From Eledone cirrhosa (taxonomy: Eukaryota): a stretch of DNA of 64,000 nucleotides. A model generated the notes under the pieces. The model did not search any database and was not told the DNA's origin. It was given only the letters and a program-made list of their open reading frames with translations. The DNA lies in the NCBI GenBank assembly GCA_964016885.1, contig OZ024766.1, forward strand, positions 1,798,001 to 1,862,000, read 5' to 3'. The position numbers and the translations under genes were made by a program. Shown piece after piece: positions 54,458 to 64,000 of this stretch; the stretch's first letter is position 1; each line of letters opens with the position of its first letter.

Positions 54458-55844
54458 CCTTGTGTGTGTATATATATATATTCTTGTGTGTGTGTGTATA
54501 TATATATCATGGTGTGTGTGTATATATATATATATCATTGTGTGTGTATATATATATCCTTGTGTGTGTGTATATATATATATATATATCATTGTGTGTG
54601 TATATATATATCATTGTGTGTGTGTATATATATATATATCCTTGTGTGTGTGTGTGTATATATATATTTATATACATATACATGTATATATATATATATA
54701 TCCGTGTGTGTGTGTATATTTATCCGCATATTAGGTTATATATATATATATACATGTGTGTATATATATATATCCACATGTGTGTGTATATATATATATA
54801 TATACATTAATATATATATATAATTGGATTTGCAAACACGAGGAAAATGTACTCAATACCGATGTATGAATATATATATATATATATATACACACTATAA
54901 TGTTGTATATATAATGTGTATATTTATTTTATATATATATATATATATATAATGTGTGTATATATATATAAACACATTACGTATATATATACAATAAGGA
55001 AGTACAAAGTAGTTTACATGAAATGTACATATATATATATACATACATGCGTGTATATATATATATATATATATGTACATTTCATGTAAACTACTTTGTA
55101 CTTCCTTATTGTATATATATACGTAATGTGTTTATATATATATATATACACACATTATATATATATATAAAATAAATATATACATTATATATACATAGTG
55201 TATATATATATAGTGTATATATCTGGTTTATTATAGTTGCTACTAAAACCTTGTAATGTCATTATACATACATTATATATATATATAGTGTATATATATA
55301 TATAGTGTATATATATATATATATAGTGTATATATATATATATATATAGTGTATATATATATATATATAGTGTGTATATATATATATATATATAGTGTAT
55401 ATATATATATATATATATATATAGTGTATATATCTGGTTTATTATAGTTACTACTAAAACCTTGTAATGTCATTATACATACATTATATATATAGTGTAT
55501 ATATATATAGTGTGTATATATATATATATAGTATATATATATAGTGTATATATATATATAGTATATATAGTATATATATATATATAGTATATATATATAT
55601 ATAGTGTATATATATATATAGTATATATAGTATATATATATATATAGTGTATATATATATATATAGTATATATAGTGTATATATCTGGTTTATTATAGTT
55701 ACTACTAAAACCTTGTAATGTCTGTGTTTGAAGTCGGCGTTGAGTGGCCAAGTGGAGTGTGAGTGGAGGCTTGAGGAGAGCTGCTGAGTGTGAGTGGACC
55801 TACCGTCTTTCGTTGAAGACAGGAGAGAGAGAGTGATTTAGCCT

Positions 55845-56436
55845 ACCTCTCTCTCTCTCTCTATCTATCTCTCGATCTATCTATCTACCTGTCTTATCTG
55901 TCTATCTACCTGTCTATCTCTCTCTCTACCCGCTGTCTGTCTCTCTCTCTCTCTCTCTACCTGTCTCTCTCTACCCTCTACCTGTCTATCTCTCTCTCTC
56001 TCTCTACCCTCTACCTGTCTATCTCTCTCTCTGCCCTCTGTCTGTCTATCTATTTCTCTCTCTACCCTCTGTCTGTCTCTCTCTCTCTCTCTCTCTCCCC
56101 CTCTGTCTGTCTATCTATTTCTCTCTCTACCCTCTGTCTGTCTCTCTCTCTCACTCTCTCCCCCTCTGTCTGTCTATCTATTTCTCTCTCCCCCTCTGTC
56201 TGTCTATCTATTTCTCTCTCTACCCTCTGTCTCTCTCTCTCTCCCCCTCTCTGTCTCTCTCTCTCTCCCCCTCTGTCTGTCTATCTATTTCTCTCTCTAC
56301 CCTCTGTCTCTCTCTCTCTCCCCCCTCTGTCTCTCTCTCTCTCCCCCTCTGTCTGTCTATCTATTTCTCTCTCTACCCTCTGTCTCTCTCTCCTCCCCCT
56401 CTGCCTGTCTCTCTCACTCTCTCTCTCTCCCCTCTG

Positions 56437-56467
<31 letters not shown>

Positions 56468-58043
56468 CGCGCACGCATTCATACACATGCCCAGGCCTCA
56501 CCGACCTGTGGGGCTCTGTAGAACGACTATTGTCGCGGGTGGGACCAATCCGGTTGACCACCGAGTCCATTGTCATGACCAAACCGCCACCCGCCCTTCA
56601 AAAACGAAGTAGAGGCGGTTTTCCTTTGTGTGAGAGCTATGGCGAAAGGGGTTGTATGGTGGACGAGGTTGAAAGGGCTGAGGTCAGACACCTTTCTCTC
56701 CGGCCAACAACTGGTTCTTTTTTATATCAAATACCAGAGTCGGGGTGGAGAGAGGGGTGCTGTACCCCAGATAGTTTTATGAAAGGTGGGTGAAAGTGGC
56801 GAGGGTGGCCCCAGTGAATGGGCCTTCTCTCTATATCAGCCTGTAGGTTGAGGAAAAAGTGGAAGAGAAGACAGGTAGATAGAGAGAGAGAGATAGAGAT
56901 AGACAGACAGGTAGATAGAGAGAGATAGATATATAGAGAGAGAGGTGCTGTACCCCAGCAAGTTTTATGAAAGTGGCGAGGGTGGCCCCATTGAATGGGC
57001 CTTCTCTCTATATCAGCCTGTAGGTTGAGGAAAAAGTGGAAGAGAGGAAAGGGGTACTCACTCTTTCTACCCCTGGAGATGAGGGTTGTACATTTTTTTT
57101 TCCGGGGGTATGTGTTACCCGTATGTAATGTCTCCCCCCCCCCCTAATTACATTTGTGATAGTATTTTAGACGTTTTTATTGTATGTAAACTCCCCCCCT
57201 TTGTAATTGTCCCCTTCTGTTGTGCCCCTGTGGCTAATAAACATCTATATATATATATATCTCTCTCTCTCTCTGACTAGTTCTCTATCTATGTCTCTCT
57301 CTCTCTCTCTCTCTCTATCTTCCTGTCTGTCTCTCTATCTCTATCTCTCTCTCTCTCTACCTACCTGTCTGTCTCTCTATCTCTCTCTCTATCTACCTGT
57401 CTGCCTGTCTCTCTATCTCTCTCTATCTACCTGTCTGTCTGTCTCTCTGTCTCTCTCTATCTACCTGTCTGTCTCTCTCTATCTCTCTCTCTCTACCTGT
57501 TTGTCTGTCACTCTATCTCTCTCTCTCTACCTGTCTGTCTGTTTTTCTATCTCTCTCTATCTACCTGTCTGTCTCTCTATCTCTCTCTCTCACTCTCTCT
57601 CTCTATCTACCTGTCTGTCTATCTCTCTCTCTATCTCTCTCTATCTATCTACCTGTCTGTCTGTCTCTCTCTATCTATCTACCTGTCTGTCTGTCTGTCT
57701 CTCTCTATCTACCTGTCTGTCTCTCTATCTCTCTCTCTCTACCTGTCTGTCTGTTTTTCTATCTCTCTCTATCTACCTGTCTGTCTCTCTATCTATCTCT
57801 CTCTCTCTCTCTCTCTATCTACCTGTCTGTCTATCTCTCTCTCTATCTCTCTCTATCTATCTACCTGTCTGTCTGTCTCTCTCTATCTATCTACCTGTCT
57901 GTCTGTCTGTCTCTCTCTATCTACCTGTCTGTCTCTCTATCTCTCTCTCTCTACCTGTCTGTCTGTTTTTCTATCTCTCTCTATCTACCTGTCTGTCTCT
58001 CTATCTATCTCTCTCTCTCTCTATCTATCTACCTGTCTGTCTA

Positions 58044-58080
<37 letters not shown>

Positions 58081-58116
58081 ATCTACCTGTCTGTCTGTCT
58101 CTCTCTCTCTATCTAC

Positions 58117-58162
<46 letters not shown>

Positions 58163-58355
58163 ATCTACCTGTCTGTCTGTCTCTATCTCTCTCTCTCTAC
58201 CTGTCTGTCTGTCTCTCTCTATCTCTCTCTACCTGTCTGTCTGTCTCTCTATCTCTCTCTATCTACCTGTCTGTCTGTCTCTCTCTATCTCTCTCTCTCT
58301 CTACCTGTTTGTCTGTCTCTCTCTATCTCTCTCTCTACCTGTCTGTCTGTCTCTC

Positions 58356-58387
<32 letters not shown>

Positions 58388-58915
58388 CCTGTCTGTCTAT
58401 CTCTCTCTATCTCTCTCTATCTATCTACCTGTCAGTCTGTCTCTCTATCTCTCTCTATCTACCTGTCTGTCTGTCTCTCTATCTCTCTCTCTCTATCTCT
58501 CTATCTATCTACCTGTCTGTCTGTCTCTCTATCTACCTGTCTGTCTCTCTCTATCTCTCTCTCTCTACCTGTCTGTCTGTCTCTCTATCTCTCTCTATCT
58601 ACCTGTCTGTCTGTCTCTGTCTATCTCTCCATCCATCCATCTCTCTCTCTCTGTCTGTCTCTCTCTATCTACCTGTCTGTCTCTCTCTGTCTATCTCTCT
58701 CTCTCTCTGTCTCTCTCTATCCATCTCTCTCTCTCTGTCTCTCTCTCTCTATCCATCCATCTCTCTCTCTCTCTCTATCTCTCTATCCATCCATCTCTCT
58801 CTGTCTGTCTCTCTCTCTATCTGTCTCTCTCTCTCTCTCTATCCATCACTCTCTATCTCTATCCATCCATCTCTCTCTCTCTCTGTCTATCTCTCTATCC
58901 ATCCATCTCTCTCTA
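55845..58915. repeat. (TC)/(TCTA)/(CTGT) polypyrimidine-rich tracts interrupted by the Tx1-like fragment
   Basis: Direct inspection. Confidence 0.9.
56468..57250 (+). mobile_element. L1/Tx1-like LINE 3' end
   Basis: HAFIH..AKGVVWWTRLKG..ERWVKVA..LYISL*, 3' UTR ending AATAAACATCTAT; internal partial duplication. Confidence 0.55.
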
Positions 58916-59019
58916 TATATATATATATAACCCCACTATCCAGGAGCTTCCAACAGACATGGTCGCATTCTTTAAGGGTATGTCAATATTTATTTATAAA
59001 ACTGCTCTATACTATATTA

Positions 59020-59084
59020 TATTTTATCTGATGAAAGCACACCATAATTTAACTTGGTGACCTTGAAATATGTATAATGAAATA
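59020..59084 (+). ncRNA. Type I hammerhead ribozyme motif, family A
   Basis: TATTTTAT-CTGATGA-AAGCACACCA..TGGTGACCTT-GAA-ATATGTAT-A-ATGAAATA. Confidence 0.7.
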
Positions 59085-59149
59085 AATATGGTTTTATAAA
59101 TATAGTTTCCATTTGTTAATATATCGTATATATATATATATATATTATC

Positions 59150-59336
59150 ATCATCATCATCATCATCATTTTACGTCCACTTTTCCCTGCTTGCAAGGGT
59201 GGGACGGGTCTTATTCAGCACAGCATCTCTCCACTCGTCACGGTCCTTCGTCATCTCCACCGTGAGAATCAATGATCTGAGGTCTGTTCTCACCACCTCC
59301 GCCCATGTTTTTCGTGGTCTACCTCTACCACGTCTT

Positions 59337-59340
<4 letters not shown>
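59150..59340 (-). mobile_element. RTE 3' end fragment
   Basis: Reverse complement of the 43385-43560 type sequence, with a (CAT)n tail. Confidence 0.75.
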
Positions 59341-59375
<35 letters not shown>

Positions 59376-59389
59376 TTCTCTATCTATCT

Positions 59390-59772
59390 GTCTAAACCCC
59401 GTAGATAGAACAACCCTCAACTCCAGGAGTGTGTTGTGCAAGTGCGCCTTTCTTCCTTTTGCTCTCTTCTTCACCCTACAAGTTTATATACAGAGAAGGC
59501 CCAGTCACTTGGGCCATTTTTGTCACATTCACCCACCTTTCAGTAAATTTACTGGGGTGGGGTGCAGTACGTCTCTCTCCATTCTGATTCTCCCTCTGAA
59601 GTGGTACCTACAGAAGATAGATATGTTTCTTTATTAGCCACAGGGGCACAAAAGAAGGGGACAAATACAAGGGGGAAGTTTACATACAATAAAAACATGT
59701 AAAATACTATCACAAATGCAATTTAAAAAATCAATCGATTTTTTTCTCAATACGGGGAGACATTACATATGG
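59390..59772 (-). mobile_element. Second Tx1-like 3' fragment(s), inverted relative to 56468-57250
   Basis: Reverse-complement similarity to 56740-56850 and 57115-57250. Confidence 0.6.
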
Positions 59773-60934
59773 GTTGTTCATATATTGTCAAAGTTCTTTC
59801 GTCACACATTCTGTGACCTCTTCAGTGATTGGGGATTCTTTTCTTTTTTTTGTTTTTGTGCCTCTCCTTTGTTCTGTCCTACGCCATCTTGTTTTTGTGT
59901 GTATATATATATATATATTCAAAATTGTAAGAAAAGGAAAAGAAATTATCTCTACGAATGTTTCAATACAGCTAAAATATCAGATCCGTTTGCACAGCAA
60001 CTGGAGATTATTAGTTTTTAAGGTGTTACCTACACGACCACTTTACAGTGTGGACCGTTTTTTTTTTCTTTTTTAAATACAGATATATATATATATATAT
60101 AATATATCAAAGTTCTTTCGTCACACGTCTGTGACATCATCAGTGGTACTATTATGTTTCCTCCCGTTGTATTGGAATGCCTACGTCATTTTTATTTTAT
60201 TTATTTATTTGATAGACTATATCTATATATATATTTATATCAAAGGTATATATTGAGTTAGAAACTCTAAATAATCTCTTACAATTAAATAGCTCAAGGA
60301 AAGAAATTTTTCCGAGCCGTATACCTATATTTTTGACCGTTCGTCAATCAATGATAAACATTGATTGCCAAATAAATTAACTTATGGAGATATAACAGAT
60401 ACAGAAACGAAAACCAATCCAAACCAAACAGTGAGTGTGTTTTGTTCTTATTTCTGGCAATATTATAACAATATGACCCTCCCCAAGTACAACAATATAT
60501 ATATTATATATATATAACAAAGGAATTGTGGTAAGGAACCAGATGGACCATAACGCACCAGAGTACTCAATACTTAGGGTAGTAGAGTAGGAAATAGGAA
60601 AAAGTATGACCCTGACGGCAGAGCTCAAGCCGTTTGGACGGCTATTTCTGTCCAGAACCCTCCTAGAGTAAATGGGCGAAGAAGATTTGAAAACGTCAGC
60701 CAGTGTCTTTCATTAGAAATATGGTAACAAAAGTGTCAAAATGTTTATATTTCCTGTCATCAAAGGCACTTCGCCCTTATCTCAATTTTGACAACCAAAA
60801 ATTTGAAGAAATAAAAAACAGTTTTGTTATTAATATTTGCTAGTAAACCCTTTTAACATATCGCAGTTTTATTTCTTTTGTCACTCCTTGGCACTGGAGA
60901 CTTAGATTTATTTCAGTAAAATATAAACTCTTTA

Positions 60935-61320
60935 AACCAAACAGTTTTGTATCATAGAACCGGGGGTGTTTGGAACATAACTTAACAAAGGTTCTTGCAT
61001 AAAATTATAATGGAAGGTTTTTAGATAAATATAAACACTCTAAAACAGTTTTGTATCATAGAACCGGGGGTGTTTGGAACATAACTTAACAAAGGTTATT
61101 GCATAAAATTATGATGGAAGGTTTTTAAATACGTATAAACACTTTAAAACAGTTTTGTATCATAGAACCGGGGGTGTTTGGAACATAACTTAACAAAGGT
61201 TATTGCATAAAATTATAATGGAAGGTTTTTAAATACGTATAAACACTTTAAAACAGTTTTGTATCATAGAACCGGGGGTGTTTGGAACATAACTTAACAA
61301 AGGTTCTTGCATAAACTTGT
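60935..61320. repeat. Tandem repeat of about 104 bp (about 4 units)
   Basis: AAACAGTTTTGTATCATAGAACCGGGGGTG occurs four times. Confidence 0.9.
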
Positions 61321-61851
61321 GACAAAATGTTCTTTCAGATAATTCTGAAACATATGATGTCAGTTATCTAATAGAAATGAATGGCAGATAGGACCTTAGT
61401 CCTGTCACTGGTACATTGTATGAGAGATAGGACCTTAGTCCTGTCACTGGTACATTGTATGAGAGATAGGACCTCACTTGTACATTGTGACTGTCTGGCT
61501 TATCAACACACTATCAGATGTGTACAGGCCCTCGACTGTGTCAGCAAACATAATCATCACCATCGACAACACTACCATCATCATCATCATCATCCTAATC
61601 ATTATCATCACAGGATTATGTAAACAAAAACAAAAGACTGCTGAGAGGTGTTTGATCTGTACTTTGTCCCACCAATTATACACCCACTACCTAAATGCCA
61701 TGACACCGCGCCAGTTTCAGCACCTACCCTACTTTCCCCTCTCCTCGTCCTTTTATCACCCTATTGTATATATATCTAGTGTATATATCTCTTATAGTAC
61801 AAATAACAGATGAAACTAGTACATGCACACACACACACACACACATATATC

Positions 61852-62370
61852 TCATCATCATCGTTTAATGTCCATCTTCCACGTTAGCATGGCTAGGACA
61901 GGCTTACCCTTTGGGAGAGAATCGGGTCAGAGGACAGCTTTTCACTCACCCAGGCAGGGCTGATTTTGGCTTGGTTTCCACAGCTGGATGCCCTTCCTAA
62001 CGCCAGCCACATTAACAGTGTGGACTGGGTGCTTTTGTTGTGACACCTGCATGACCACTTTACAGTGTGGACTGCCTGATTTTTGTAATGACACCTACAT
62101 GATCACTTTACAGTGTGGACTGGGTGTCTTTTGTTGTGACACCTACATGACCACTTTACAGTGTGGACTGGGTGCTTTTTGTCATGATACCTACATGATC
62201 ACTTTACAGTGTAGACTGGGTGTCTTTTGTTGTGACACCTACATGACCACTTTACAGTGTGGACTGGATGTCTTTTGTTGTGACACCTACATGACCACTT
62301 TACAGTGTGAACTGGGTGCTTTTTATCCTGTCAACCTGCACGACCACTTTACAGTGAATACTGGATACTT
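61852..62370 (-). mobile_element. Same SINE family with about 7 copies of the 45-46-bp unit
   Basis: As for 42640-43010. Confidence 0.8.
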
Positions 62371-62386
62371 TTTATATTCAGTATGT

Positions 62387-63348
62387 CCTGAGACATTCTA
62401 ACCACATGTCCATAGTATCAGAGCTGTGATCTCTCAATTCGGAGAAGTAGTGGCTCTACCTGGAGTGACTCTCCAGTGATTCTTTCCTGAGACATTCTAA
62501 CCACATGCCCATAGTATTAGAGCTGTGATCTCTCAATTCGGAGAAGTAGTGGCTCTACCTGGAGTGACTCTCCAGTGATTCTTTCCTGAGACATTCTAAC
62601 CACATGCCCATAGTATCAGAGCTGTGATCTCTCAATTCGGAGAAGTAGTGGCTCTACCTGGAGTGACTCCAGTGATTCTTTCCTGAGACATTCTAACCAC
62701 ATGTCCATAGTACCAGAGCTGTGATCTCTCAATTCAGAGAAGTAGCAGCTCTACCTGGAGTGACTCTCCAGTGATTCTTTCCTGAGACATTCTAACCACA
62801 TGCCCATAGTATCAGAGCTGTGATCTCTCAATTCGGAGAAGTAGTGGCTCTACCTGGAGTGACTCTCCAGTGATTCTTTCCTGAGACATTCTAACCACAT
62901 GTCCATAGTACCAGAGCTGTGATCTCTCAATTCAGAGAAGTAGCAGCTCTACCTGGAGTGACTCTCCAGTGATTCTTTCCTGAGACACTCTAACCACATG
63001 CCCATAGTATTAGAGCTGTGATCTCTCAATTCAGAGAAGTAGCAGCTCTACCTGGAGTGACTCTCCAGTGATTCTTTCCTGAGACATTCTAACCACATGT
63101 CCATAGTATCAGAGCTGTGATCTCTCAATTCAGAGAAGTAGCAGCTCTACCTGGAGTGACTCTCCAGTGATTCTTTCCTGAGACATTCTAACCACATGTC
63201 CATAGTACCAGAGCTGTGATCTCTCAATTCAGAGAAGTAGCAGCTCTACCTGGAGTGACTCTCCAGTGATTCTTTCCTGAGACATTCTAACCACATGCCC
63301 ATAGTATCAGAGCTGTGATCTCTCAATTCAGAGAAGTAGTGGCTCTAC
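62387..63348. repeat. 99-bp tandem repeat (about 10 units) derived from an RTE RT C-terminus
   Basis: Minus-strand translation IERSQLxYYGHVVRMSQERI. Confidence 0.9.
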
Positions 63349-63687
63349 TTATATATTTATAATATAGTTAATATGAAGCATTGTGAGACATAATAAATGA
63401 CTGGTAAATTTCAGAAAGTCAGAACAATGCTGTAGAAATATATAAAGGGCAAAGGATGACAAATAAAACAGAAGAAACTGTTTTTCTTGCCCAGTATATT
63501 TCCACAATATTTCAGGGTTAAACCCTCTTTTCAATTTTAACTACAAAACAAATGAACAATCGATGTAAGGAAAACAATAGTTAGTTTTGTTTTATTTCTC
63601 ATCCTTTGGCCTTTATATATTTCTACCTCATTGTATTGGTGTTCTGAAATATTTATCAGTCATATGTGTGTGTATATATATATATAT

Positions 63688-64000
63688 ATCATCATCATCA
63701 TTTAAAGTCTATCTTCCACGCTAGCATGGTTTAGACGGGAGTTGTCCCACTTGAGGCAAGATTGGTCGAGTGACCATGTCTCGCTCATATAGGACTATCT
63801 GGCAGGCTTTCTACGGCTGGATGCCCTTCCTAACGCCAACCACATTTACAGTGTGGACTGGGTACTTTTTGTTGTGTCACCTACATGTTCACTTTACAGT
63901 GTGGACTGGGTACTTTTTGTTGTGTCACCTACATGTTCACTTTACAGAGTGGACTGGGTGCTTTTTGTTGTGACACTTACATGACCACTTTACAGTGTGG
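63688..64000 (-). mobile_element. Same SINE family with tandem units running off the window end
   Basis: As for 42640-43010. Confidence 0.8.

Noticed and set aside
57207-59060. 617-aa Leu/Ser-rich ORF
   Set aside because: (TC)/(TCTA) repeat translation

Overview
AT-rich, repeat-saturated eukaryotic genomic DNA. The tRNA-derived SINEs resemble octopus SINEs as I recall them, so an octopod cephalopod is inferred, not proven. The main gene is a complete minus-strand carnitine O-palmitoyltransferase 1 (CPT1-like), which I assembled by hand: 17 coding exons from ATG 45977 to stop 20062, all GT-AG and phase-consistent, 2310 nt and 769 aa. It is flanked by a candidate + strand terminal exon (5455-5643) and a candidate divergent + strand promoter/first exon (about 52370-52480). 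The rest is microsatellite, minisatellite, SINEs and LINE fragments (RTE, CR1-like, Tx1-like), including one RTE copy with an uninterrupted RT frame. Almost all long entries in the ORF track are microsatellite artefacts. The most striking unexplained signal is a set of short fold-back elements in (TA)n tracts that carry type I hammerhead ribozyme cores, with stem III changing in sequence but staying palindromic (Penelope-like pLTR/retrozyme type). Two of them form sense/antisense ribozyme hairpins inside CPT1 introns.
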